A stretch of DNA of 64,000 nucleotides from Takakia lepidozioides. Lineage: Eukaryota; Plantae; Bryophyta. Under the pieces are notes generated by a model. That model had not been told where the DNA came from and made no database searches. It worked only from the letters and a program-made list of their open reading frames with translations. The position numbers and the translations under genes were made by a program. Each line of letters opens with the position of its first letter. Within the stretch, counting starts at the first letter, position 1. Location of the stretch: positions 22,816,001 to 22,880,000 of the forward strand of contig CM060734.1 in the NCBI GenBank assembly GCA_030704615.1, in the 5' to 3' direction. This document shows positions 35,971-48,719 of this stretch, one piece after another.

Positions 35971-38900
35971 ATGAGTGATGAAAGAGAAGCTAGACACCAG
36001 AGATATTTAGCAAAAAGAGAAAGCTATCTGAAAGCTAATTATCCATATCTTTGGGAGAGAGGAATAGACATAGGGGAATCATCTGGACCTCTCACACCAT
36101 TAAGATCAAAGAGTACATCACCCATACCGGAAGAACTAGAGTTGGATGCCACTCCTTCTGTTTCTTTGCAAGAAAGATTAAGGGAATTGGTACGGGAAGA
36201 AGATCAATCACGAGGTGAAAGATCTGAGGTACATCCCTGGATAAAAGATTTGACAGAAATCTTTGATAAGAGTTGGCATGGAACACCAAAAGCAGGAACT
36301 CCAGTTTCTGAAGCGGAAGGTGAAGGAGGAGAGGATGGGGCAGAGCCAACGGAGAGTTCAGACTCTCCAACACCATTGCAGTTGAGTTACATGAGTGAAG
36401 AAGAAACCCAAGGACAGAACTTGGAGGATGAAAACAGGAGAAGAAATTGGAAGAGGAAGAATATGAAGAAGTAGACCCAACAACTGAGGTTGAGACTACA
36501 ACTAGGACATCCCAACCCGTTGGACCTGGATCAAGTGGAGCACTTGGATCACAGGCCAACGAAGGTGTCGGCTCAGGGGGATCAGGCGGGCTGCCTGGAT
36601 CTGGCTCTGGGGGGCTCTGGGACAGGGAGTGTGGGAAGTAGTGCAACTGAAGCTGGGAATACTGTGAATATCGTGGGGCCAGTAGCAGGGAGTGCTCAAG
36701 GGCCACCACTTGGTGGAAGATCCACCACAAAAACAACAGGTCCAGAAGGACCAGCACCAGCAAGGGTGCCAGCACCTGTCAGTGGGCAGAAGGTAGGGCC
36801 ACAGATGGCGTTACAACCAACACGGGCAAAACCACCCTTTCCAATATATTCAGGAAAAGGGGATCCCGATGTACACATTAGCCAATTTGAGCACATGTGT
36901 ATAGTGAACAATGAGAATGGCGATGATGCCAAGATGAGATTGTTTCCTTGTTCACTTATCAAGAAAGCAAGTGAATGGTATGCAAGATTCCCTGATAATC
37001 ATTTCCTAACCTGGAATGGCTTGAATACAACATTTCGAAATAGGTTCAGGACAAGTAAAACTGAGGATGAAGTGTATGGAAGTTTACAACAGTTAAAGCA
37101 AAAGAAGCATGAAACTGTTGAGGAGTATATGGAAAAGATGGAATTGATGATGAAAAAGCTGGCTGCAGTACCAGCACCCGGTTTACAGAAGACTTGGTTT
37201 GTGAGTGGACTAAGACCAGAGTTGCAAAAGAAAGTGGATATGTTACCCCATAATACAGTGGAGGAGGCATTTGAAACTGCAAACAGAATTGAGCAATTGG
37301 GAATGCTCAGGAGAGAGAAAAGGGATGATGAGGACTCTGAGGATGAGTCATATGAAGAAGAAGAGCAAGAACTAAAAAGAAAGAGTAAGAGAAAGGAGAA
37401 GTTGAAGAGGGATAACTATGAAAAAAGATTGGAAGAAATCTTGAAGAAGTATGCCACAGAGGCTGCAACACATTGGAGGAAGGGTGTATGGTGTGCAAAG
37501 TGCCAGAATGAAGGCCATACCACCACAGAATGCCACATGAAGGAGAGAAACACTGTACTATCTGTAAAATGGATAACCATTCTACTGAGAATTGTTACTA
37601 CAATAGAAGGACAGCTGCAAGAGAACCTAGGCAAGTAAGGGTGCATCAGGTGCAGCCCCAGCCAAGAAGAAACAATGATCAGGACCATTATGGTAGGTCT
37701 GGTGGTTATAACAATGGCATGGAAGGGAGAGGTAATTCAAGAGGAAATTACCAAGGGAATTCCAGAGGCAACTATCAGGGTAATCCAAGGGGGAATTACC
37801 AGTCGGGAATCAGGATTACAGAAATAATCCAAGAACAGACCAAGGGCGAGGACCCAATGGTGAAGAACTATGTTACTATTGTAATCAGCCAGGACATCGC
37901 AGGGCAGCCTGTTCATTCTGGATAAGACACCAGAATGAGATGAGAGCTCCTGTGAATGAGGGCCCAGTGGTGGCAGCTCACATGGTTAGGCCATGTGTTG
38001 TACCAGAAGTAAGTACAATGATAGTAACAAGAAGCAAAGCCAAACTAATACCTCCAGTAGTTGAGGAAGATGATGATGATAATGAAGATGGCAATGATAT
38101 GCCTGAAGATGATGAGGCTTGGAGAGATGAGAAGGAACTGCACAAGGAAGTGGCAGATACCATAAGGGAAATGCAGAAGAGTACTGATATTCCTGTGGCA
38201 GATTCCTCTGATTCTGATGGAAGAAGAAGAGAAGTGAGTGAGGATGAAAGGAAGAAAGAAGATGCAGGCATGCAAAGTAATGAAGAGACTTTGGCTGAAG
38301 TAATATGCCAGACCAAAGCAGAGATTACCATTGGACAGCTATTGGCTGTGGCACCTTATTGTAGGCACAGGCTGTATCAAGCAATCAATCGAATTGCCCA
38401 GGAGACAGGAAACACAGACCTGAACAGCAAGGTGACCAGTTATAATGTGAAGCCGGAAGGGCGAAGAAACAGTCATGGACTTTGATGATTCTATGCCAGT
38501 AATCCAATTGAGAATTGGAAGCACAGAACTAACTGATGTACTGATAGATGGAGGTTCTGGAGTAAATATCATGACAGACCAATTAAGAAAGAAGCTTGGT
38601 CTAAGTAACATGAAACCAGCCCCATTTACAGTAACAATGGCAGATCAAAGAAGTGTACAGCCATTGGGATTAATAAGAGGAGTTAAGATACAGATACAAA
38701 AATGATCTTTATGATCACAGTAACTGTGTTGAAGATGGATGAAGTCATGGAGGCTTACTCTTATTATTGGGACGTCCGTGGCTGAAACAGGCCAGGGTAT
38801 TCCATGACTGGAATTCTCAGTTACTAACCGTGCATAATGGGATACACAAGATACAAATTACCACAAAGAAATCTAGTAGATTACCTGCTACGAGAAGACC

Positions 38901-41900
38901 TCGAGGAGTCAGAGAGTATGACTGGAGAGGAGGACTGGATGAGGAGCAGGAAGCTACCCTGTTTGCTGCACACCCAGAGTGGGAGCAGGTTGCAGAGATG
39001 CGGCTGGAAGGCCTAAGTTGTCTAAGGGGTATCTGCTGTGGTGTAGTGTCAACAACACCGATTGAAGAGGAAACCAGCAGTTACCCATCACATTTCTATG
39101 AAGAAAAAGAAGGAGAAATGGAAATCCTAGAGGAACTAGCCACTGTGAGTTTAAAGGATGAAGTGGTGACTGGTTGGACAATCACAGCTGATGAGCAAGT
39201 GAGGGAAGTGAATGTGGGAACTAAAGAGGAACCGAGGATGGTGAAAGTAGGAGCTGATTTGGAGCCAGAACTATTGAAGAAGCTAAGAGCTTGTTCATCA
39301 AATACAGAGATGTATTTGCTTGGAGCTATGAGGATCTAAAAGGGATACCACCTGAAGTCTGTCAGCATAAGATTGAACTAGAACCAGGGTCAGTACCAAT
39401 CAAGCAGGCGAGGTACAGAATGAATCCCAACTACGCACAGAAGGTTGGAGAAGAGATTAAGAAGTTGGCTGAGGCTCAGTTTATATACCCAATAGAGTAT
39501 ACAACTTGGTTGTCACCCATTGTAATAGTTCCCAAGAAGAATGGTAAACTAAGAGTATGTGTGAACTACAAGAAGTTGAATGCTTGTACGAAGAAAGATC
39601 CTTTCCCTTTGCCATTCACAGAAGCAGTATGGACACTGTGGCAGGCCATGAGATGTACTCATTCATGGATGGCTTCAGTGGTTATAATCAAGTGCAAGTG
39701 GCAGAAGAAGATCAAGGAAAGACAGCTTTCATCACAGACTGGGGGTGCTTATGCATACAAAGTCATGCCCTTTGGACTTTGTAATGCACCAGCGACCTTT
39801 CAGAGAGTGATAAGTGAATCTTTTCATGAGTATCTGGATGATTTCATGCAGGTGTTCTTGGATGATTTCAGTGTGTACAGCTCTAAGAATGAGCACTTGC
39901 ATAAATTGGAGTTATGTCTGGCCAGATGTAGGATGAGAGGTCTGGGCCTGAATCCAGAGAAGTGTACTTTCTGTGTGAACTCAGGGGTGCTTCTGGGACA
40001 CATTGTGTGTAAGAGGGGACTTCTTGTGGATCCCAGGAAAACAGAGGCCATTAAAGCCTCTCCACCACCAGTGAATGTTAAGAGTCTAAGGAGATTCCTT
40101 GGACAAACCAGCTATTACAGAAGATTTGTCAGACGGTATGCACAGATAGCAGCACCATTGAGCAAACTTCTGAAGAAAGATGCAGTGTTTGCATGGACAC
40201 CTGAATGTCAACAGGCTTTTGAGGAACTTACATTTGTAACAAACTACACCTGTGCTGATTAGTCCTCACTGGCAGAAATATTTCAGTTCACTGTGATGCT
40301 TCTGGAGAAGCACTAGGAGCGGTGTTAGCCCAAAATGTAACAGGAAGGATAGATTCACCTGTGTACTATGCTAGCCGATTGATGAATAATGCCGAAAGAA
40401 ATTATAGCACAACGGAAAGAGAAGCATTGGCAATGATCTATGCAGTGAAGAAATTCAGGCATTACCTGTTGGGCAAGAAGTTTATGTTCTATGTGGATCA
40501 CTAGGCTCTGATATACCTGGTAAACAAACCTCTGATAAGCGGAAGAATAGCAAGATGGTTAATAATCTTGCACGAGTTTGAGTTCGAGGTTGTTTACAAG
40601 CCTGGGAGACTGCATCTTGTGGCGGATCACTTGTCAAGGTTATCAACAGGAGAACCAGCCACGGGAGTAGATGATCAATTACCAGATGCGAGTCTATTTA
40701 CAGTGGAGGTGCAGGGAAGTGCAGATGACTGGTTAGATTGGCAGTGGCCAATCAGATACTACCTTGCTCATGGTCAGTGCCCACCAAGTTATGGAAAGGA
40801 GCAGAGAGAGAAAGAGAATTGCTATCAAGGCGCTACCTTACACTATGGTAGGGAGCAGAATGTACCAGGGAGTGCTGAGCGATGCTTATACCACCAAGAA
40901 GTTAATAAAGTTTTGGAGGAAGTTCATAAAGGAGTGGCAGGAGGTCATTTTGGAGAAGAGACTACCAGCAGGAAAAATACTACATGCAGGTTACTGGTGG
41001 CCTACTTTGTTCAAAGATGTACACAAGTATTGTCAGAGTTGTGATGAATGTCAGAGGCTGGGACCTTTGCAGAGATCTGGGAAAATGTCTTTGCATCCTA
41101 CAATGCCTACGGAACCATTTCAGAAATGGGGACTAGACTTTGTTGGACCAATTAAACCCACCAGCCAAGAATACACGGAACAGGTACATAATTACAGCAC
41201 AACTGATTATTACGAAGTGGGTGGAAGCTAAAGCTTTGAGGGACAACACCGCCAAGTCCACAGCAAGGTCCTGTACGAGAACATACTTACACGATTTGGC
41301 TGTCCCTTAGAATTTATCAGTGATCAGGGAAGTCACTTCATTAATGAGACCATTGAATTATTGACTAAAGAATTCATGATTGTGCATAGGAAGAGTACAA
41401 CATATTACCCACAGGGTAATGGACAGGCAGAGGCTACCAACAAATACTATGTACTATCTTGGCTAAGATAGTCAATGCAAACAGAACGGATTGGGATACA
41501 AAGCTGTTGACAGCTTTGTGGTCATACATGACTTCATATAAAGTCACCACTAAGTATACACCATTCCAATTAGTTTATGGCATGGAAGCCTTACTTCCAG
41601 TGGAATTCCTGTTACCTACCATGAGAACGGAATGGGGAAAGAGAATGGAATTGAAAGATTCCATTAAGGTCAGGAAGCATGAATTATACCATGTGGGAAG
41701 AAGTACGTGCTGATGCAGCTGATAATATGACCAGAATTCAGATGAAGAGGAAGGAACAGTTTGATGAAGGCAAGTTAAAGACTTTTAAGACGGGAGATTT
41801 GGTTCTATGGTTGCAGAAGAAAGGAAAGATTAAAGCTTCTAAGCTTAAATCACCATGGAAAGGACCTTATGTCATACAAAAGATGTATGATAACAACACC

Positions 41901-42100
41901 GCCATGTTACAAACCATTAACAAAGCGATGCTGGGAAGAATCAATGCTAATAAGTTGAAGGGGTACAGTGGTATCCATGACAAACCATTGCGGCATGATT
42001 TACATGATGAAACGCAAGAGCAGTCATGGGCTGCGCCAGTGTTACCAACGGAGTATGAAGCACTTGTCGCTAGGCCGAGCATATATGACCAGGGCGGGCA
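35971..42100 (+). pseudogene. gag-pol of the gypsy element, with many frameshifts
   Basis: Gag core YSGKGDPDVHI..LFPCSL..ASEWY, three CCHC knuckles, PR LIDGGSG, RT YRMNPNY/WLSPIVIVPKK/FLDD, RH YSTTEREAL, INT WGLDF/SDQGSHF and GPY. Confidence 0.95.
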
Positions 42101-42103
42101 AAG

Positions 42104-42500
42104 CAGGCGCGATACAGCCAATCACAGCCCATCAAGGCGCGACATAGCCTATCACAGCCCATCACGACGAGACACAGCCTATCACAGCGCATCAAAGCGC
42201 GACACAGCCTATCACAGCCCATCACGACGAGACACAGCCTATCACAGCGCATCAAAGCGCGACACAGCCTATCACAGCCCATCACGACGAGACACAGCCT
42301 ATCACAGCGCATCAAAGCGCGACACAGCCTATCACAGCCCATCACGACGTGACACAGCCTATCACAGCCCAGAACGGCGCAACACAGCCTATCACAACCT
42401 ACCACAGCGTGTCACAGCCTATCACAGCTTACCACAGTGCATCACAACCTATCACAGCATACCACAGTATGACACAGCCTGTCACAGCTCAACACAGCCT
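42104..42500 (+). repeat. In-frame 30-bp tandem array (~13 units, RRDTAYHSPS/KRDTAYHSAS)
   Basis: Built from 10-bp subunits (GACACAGCCT ATCACAGCCC ATCACGACGA) related to the LTR array. Confidence 0.95.
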
Positions 42501-42996
42501 ATTAGGGTTACACGATCCATAGAATCAGTGACAGGTGGACGCACAATAACTTCAGGAAAATGGCCAACGGAGGAAAGGACAAAAACCAGTTTAAAAATAG
42601 ACACGTGGAAGTCAGGGCGCGACACACAGCTGAGAAGGAAGTGCAAGAACAAGTGTCATCAAGAAAGAGGACAAGAATGGCCGTCAAAGTACCTACTTAG
42701 CGCGTCAATTCGGATGAATGGCGGGCCCATTAATGAATACGGAAAAAGGGGAACGGAACAAACGACAAGTACAGAAAAACAGAATTCTTGTCACATGTGT
42801 GATCCTAGTGGACTATCCAGCAGGGAAAGTCCACTAAAGAAAATGAAATCTAAAATCCAGTCACAGCGGTTACAGCCAATAGAAAGCCAGAGAAAGGATC
42901 AAGAAATTGGAGGGAAATTAAGCGCAAGAGGCGGCGTCGTTCTGAGTAACGGGCGTCTCGACGGGACAAACCATCAATGCTATAGCTTTGAAGCTA

Positions 42997-45900
42997 TGGA
43001 GGAACTAACAGACTATACGCTCGCAATATTACTTACGCAGTGGCATAGGGACGAAACAACAGAGCGGATCTTTTCTCTTGAGCGATGCTTGCAAGCCCCG
43101 CAGGCTTACAAGAAATTACCCATAGCTTTTTGTGGCAACCATACGTTTATGCTTTGTGCACTACAGGCATTTCTTCAGTTGTTACAGCCAAAACATTTAT
43201 GTGGGTCTAGAATGAAGAGAGTGAGAGGAATGGAGGAAATCAGGGTGAAGAGCACCACAATTCTGCAGAAACAAACGATTGCTACCCCACAGGTGATACA
43301 GATACTGAAGGAGCTGAGATTGCAAGGATTGCAAAGCAAAGATTGGACATTGCACCATAGACAGTACATGTTACAATTCTTGCAGAACTTTGAGCCAAGG
43401 ACAGGAGCAACAACGGTGAAGGGAGTTGAATTAGTAATTACTCCCCTATACCTCCAGCAATTGTTTCGATTGCCAGCACGCTAGGTGCATGTGGAGGAGC
43501 ACAGGGCAAGACTGCAAATATGGGACTTATTCCAAGAAGGGAGTTTCTTTAAAACTCAGGGTTATGCTTGTACCAAGGCCGTGTACCCAGGGCTTAAGGA
43601 GGTAGGCCAGGTATTGAACGTTCTGTTTGCCATGAAACAGAACCAACAGTATTTGAGCAGATCCTTCACAGAGGGAATACTCAAAGCCCTGAGAGGAGAA
43701 GAGGTAGAATGGGCGGACATAATGTACAACGCACTGGTAGAGGAGATGAAAAGATTACAGGGTATTGCCGCAAAGTCTCCTATGCTCGAGAAAGAAAGGA
43801 GATGGGAGTGTTTGAGCCAGAAACCACTGCAATGGAAGAGCAAGGCTCTTCACACAGTGAGGGTGGAATGGCAGGGCAACACGAGAATAAGAGACAGAGG
43901 CGGGGAAAGACTGTAGTGGCGGATCCACTGGCTTCACGGAATCCGCATGATAATGTTTTCCAAGTTTTTGTGCAGGAAGGGGCATAGCAGCACAGAGAAC
44001 TGCTATTACTAGAAGCAGGACCTTCAGAGAGGGAAGAGGAAGTTACTTCAGTATCACAGCCATCACAGCCAGATGATCGGCTTGTCACAAGGTTACAAGT
44101 TGTCCATGCAGCTCAACCAGAAATAATTGATTTGGAAAAAGAAGGGTTAGATATTCCAACTACAGAACAGATAGTGGCAGAAATTGAGAAGGGGGACCTT
44201 CTCTATGAATATTCTGGTCTGGTCAAGGAGACAGAGATTCTAGAGGTGCAACAGTTGCCCAAGGGAAATCTTGAGGTGCATATAATACACACACCTGTGC
44301 AGGAGGTACCACAGGTAGAATGTCAAGACACTGCAGCACCGGTGATCGATATGAAGTGGTTCAGGAAGAAAATCTCTGGGTGGGACAATGGCCTGAGTGG
44401 TTCGTGAGACATCACACTGTTGAGGATCAGGGAGAACAGCAACAAGCTCACCATGATGACCCTCAACAAGCAATGCTTATGAGTTCCATAGGCAGGACAC
44501 TTAATTTGTTGGGGACTTATGTCAAATCCCATGTTCCAACTACCCAATTGACAGCCTTGAGAGAGGAACTCAGGAAGGAGTTTGAGGCTCGACTAGCCAC
44601 TGAGTGTGCAAACAAGGTCGATGAAGAGGTCACTCTCAAGATGCAGCAAGACTTGGAGAATACAGAAGCGGCTTTTGCAATTGGCCAAGGAACAATTGAT
44701 TGAGGCAGGCCTCGCGCAAGACCAATTGCACGAAGCACATAAGCAACAGCTATACAAATGCAGGTGAAGCATGAAAGCAAGTTGCAAGAAGTGAATGCAC
44801 TATATACGGAGTTGCAGACAGTGCATGACAGGATGGCCATACAATGTGCTACACTCACAACTATGCTTGACCAAACTACAAAAGAAATAAACAGTCAAGC
44901 AGAAAAATGTATGAAGGCAGAAGCAGAGAATGTTGAGCAAATGAAACTCATTGTCGATATGAAGAATACAATCTGTCGCAATGAGGATACTTTCAAGCAA
45001 TACAGGCAAATTGAAGCTGATCAAGAGAGGCACATCCTGGAGTTGCAACAAACGATCATGGCCAATAGAAATGAAATCTCGGTCACTAACAAGGCTTGGA
45101 AGGAAGCCAATAATCTACTTGCTGCCTATGCGAATTTGGTTGAACCTCATGCGAAGCGCATGGAAGCTTTACAACAGCAATTGGATGTGTACAAACTAAG
45201 AGAGGAGCACACTCTCAGAGGAACCACAAGCAACTTGGTGGATAACCACCTTATGCAGGTCTGGTTAGCACAAGGGCCAGTGGAGGGCAAAGCACCACAA
45301 AGCGAGATGAATGAGCTCAGACTGCAAGTGCAGAACATTGCCACAACTACTATAGACAATGTCTATAGTAGGATAGCGGAGTTACAGGAGGATGTAGACG
45401 GACTGCAGACTCAAGTGGAGGACCTAACTGCAGATATTGACAAAAGAGTCTATATACCTGAGGAACAGCTAATGGCTTCTTATTTACAAGCCAGAACTTT
45501 GGCTTTTCAATCTTCTTCACAGCAGGTGCAGGAGATGCCAATGATACAAGAGCCAGTGCCACCAACACCACAACAAGTCACTGTGCCAGTAGCTGACCCT
45601 GTTGTTACTACAGTCACACCACAGCCACCACAACCTGACGTATGGGGCAATGCTGCTTTTAACCCACCTAAAACTCCAGCTGCAAGGGAGTACAGTAGGG
45701 CTATGATTATGCCCTTCAACCAAATTCCCATCATGTTGGATTTGGCTTGGAAAGAATTTAGTCCTCCGCAGTCATTCGCACATTACTACCAAATCATGCG
45801 CATTTGGCTGCCAGTGGCAACTAGGACTAAAGTTCTTCCGAACAATCGACCAATTGAGGATCATCACTTTGCACAATATTGGCATGAGGCAAGTACAATG

Positions 45901-46704
45901 TTGAAGGAATTAATTGCCTTCCAAGTTGTACATGGATTCATTTATACCAAGACCAAGGAGGTAGCAAGTATTGTCATGGGATGCGGGTTATACTACGCTG
46001 CTTGTTTTCTGGTACGTTATCACATTGAGCAGCACAAGATGCAATCGCGCTTTCTGAGTTATTCCAGTGGGGATCATTGGGTCTTACCTTCAGTGCCACC
46101 TCATATGTACCTATATGAGGCAAAAGTTATGATGCAAAAGGATTCTCAAATTCATTCATGGTTTCAAGCGGCCTGGAACAATTTGTCAACACAGAAATTC
46201 GGCATTGATGATATTTTCTATAAGGGACATGTGGCATGGAAATACTTGCACGGTGCACAAGTAATTGGTACCCCACTCACCTGGACAGACAAGGAGCTCA
46301 GTGTCTTCACCAATTTTGCCGTTCAGCATTTACAGCAAGTTTTAAAATATAAACTTCCAGACATGGTAGGACAACATTATATGCCCCAGAGGATTCCACA
46401 AAAAGTTCGACAATTAAAACACCTGAGAGGCGACGAGGATTCTGATACAACTGTTTCTTCAGCGGATTCTTTTGACATGGGAGAAGACTATGCAATTCAG
46501 ATGGCAGAGAAGAAGCGACGGGGGTCTCCTATGCCTGAAAGGTTACCTCAATATCAGCCTCCAGAGGGCCTCACTTATCCGGGTAGTGTTCAATCATCTC
46601 CGTCAACCAGTGACAGACCTCGAGCTCGTACACACAGTCCGCCACGAAACTCTCAACGTCAGAAAGGTGCTCACTCACAAAGGTTTGCTAATCGCAATCA
46701 GTAA
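42997..46704 (+). CDS. Large additional 3' ORF (~1200 aa if lesions are repaired): plant-transposon-protein-like N-terminal domain, acidic linker, long coiled coil and globular C-terminal domain
   Basis: Formed by ORFs 41679-43484, 43485-43916, 44132-44703 and 44758-46704. Motifs FLQNF....TVKGVELVITP..L..LFRLP and VEWADIMYNAL..EM resemble Athila/Tat accessory ORFs. It ends ~20 nt before the PPT. Confidence 0.75.
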
Positions 46705-46742
46705 ACCGTGAGGACACGGCTTTTTGAGAGGGGAAGGGGTAA

Positions 46743-47734
46743 TGTTAGAGGACTGTCTGGGACTTAGACACTTATACGGGATCTGTAGGGTACCCTTAAT
46801 TTTTGCACAGACTGAGACCAACAGGAGCCTTAGGGGTGACAGCAGCACACTTTAGAGGGGGGTTACACAGCCGTCACAGCCAACACAGCCCGACACAGCA
46901 ACACAGCCAGTCACAGCCCGACACAGCCACACAGCTTCGCACAGCCCGACACAGCCCGACACAGCAATACAGCCAGTCACAACCCGACACAACCCGACAC
47001 AGCCACACAGCTAGTCACAGCCCGACACAGCCCAACACAGTCGCACAGCCAGTCACATCTTGACACAGCTGTCACGACCATAGGGAACGGATAGCAGGAC
47101 AGGGAACGACTGAGGGGAACAACATCTACGAATGGAACATGTAGTTCAAGGGTGACAGTTAGTGAGGGAAACGGTTAGAACAACGGGTAGGAAAATAAAG
47201 CGAGGAGCGAGGACAGGAGGGGGATCACTTCTGGACATGACTTGGCCAGGGGACTTCAGACAGCACGGGGGGGGAAATGAGGCAGAGAGCGTATCTCTGA
47301 GCGGAAAGAGGGAGAGCACGGAGTAGGAGAAGTGACGATCTGTTGTTACTTGATGAATGCAAGCTATAGAATTGTAATGTAGAGTAGATTAGAGACACCA
47401 TGGCTTCAGCCTGATACTTGATAGATATTAATCTGATACACACTTCATACTCACACTGTGTAGAGAGATCTGAGTGAAGCTGTGGAATGAATGGATGAGT
47501 TGATGGAATCCGACAGATTGATGAAGCAAACTGATACTTAATTATCAATAGTAAGGTAGCTAGCTAACATGAATGCGGAAAGGAAAACAAATAGGAAACT
47601 CCCCAATGATACACTAGCTGTAGGTCATGACTGATTGTTCTGAGCGGGCTGAGTACTTAGAGATTTCCAACTCTTCTATCTTAGAGTTTCCGCCTCGGAT
47701 AGCGAAGGGATGGGTGAGTAAAAGCCGCGCGACA
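46743..47734 (+). repeat. 3' LTR (992 bp)
   Basis: TGTTAGAGG...GCGCGACA followed by TSD ATTCA. Confidence 0.97.
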
Positions 47735-48719
47735 ATTCACAAGTCAGCTTTATGACAAATCCCAGACTTCAAAGTCAATGAAGTCTCTGGGTGGGGGGGT
47801 GGGAAAAATTAGAGACTCGATTACCACTGTTCATAGTAGGAAACCATTGTTCAGCATGCTAAAAAGTGCCATTCATGACATGCCATGTCATTCAGTCTGT
47901 ATTTTTTGGTCAGCTTACATACCAAGGCATAACCAACCATCCTCATTTATTGTTGGCCAAAAACTAGTATAGTGTTTGGGTTCTTTGTATCATTGGACAT
48001 ACCAAAGTGACTGAGCAGTAAGTATCCATGTCCAAATAAAGATCCATTGATCACTGTTCATGGCTGGAAATGTCTGTTTGTCTTAAAGAAGCCATTTATG
48101 ATCATAGAAGGCTTAAGAACAAAATAAGAGCATTTTTTACATAAAGAACATCACCAAAGCAGGGTTACGGACTGATATTTGGCAGCTTATACAACAGGTC
48201 ATAATTAGCTGCCCTACTTTGCACATCAAGTCACTTATTGACACCATGTTTTTTGCCCCATGATCTGTTTTGGATCTGGGGCTGGCGTGTAATTTCAATG
48301 ACAGGGTAGAGTAATATTCCCACCTCTTATTCCATGCCCCAAGACCAAGTTCTATGTCCGGGGTAGGGAAATCATTACCATAACAGGCTGTAATCAGATT
48401 TACATGCCATGCAATCATCCATAGGAAACACAAAGAATCTGAATTGCTCATCCCATCAGGCCTGCAGGTTACTTTGGTATTATTTATCCTAAAGCAACTT
48501 GAATACAATGCCCGAATCATTCTGTTCACATCTACCAATGTCTTACCATTTTGGAAAATAGGTAAACATTCAAGGGCATATAACCAAGGACCAGATTTGG
48601 CCACAAAAGATCCATCCATATCAGTTTGGCATGGTATCAAGTGTCCTAAAGTAACCAGCTTCTAAAAGAGGCTAAGTTTCCAATGCTTGTACATTCAAGA
48701 ACACTGTCTGGTCATGAAA

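Larger units (their letters stand above)
34376..47734 (+). mobile_element. Full-length non-chromovirus Ty3/gypsy retrotransposon (13,359 bp; Phygy/Athila-like) with additional ORFs
   Basis: TG...CA LTRs, 5-bp TSD ATTCA on both sides, tRNA-Arg-like PBS TGGCGACCATACTGGGGA after 35360, PPT GAGAGGGGAAGGGG before 46743. Domain order is gag-PR-RT-RH-INT, with no chromodomain. Confidence 0.97.
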
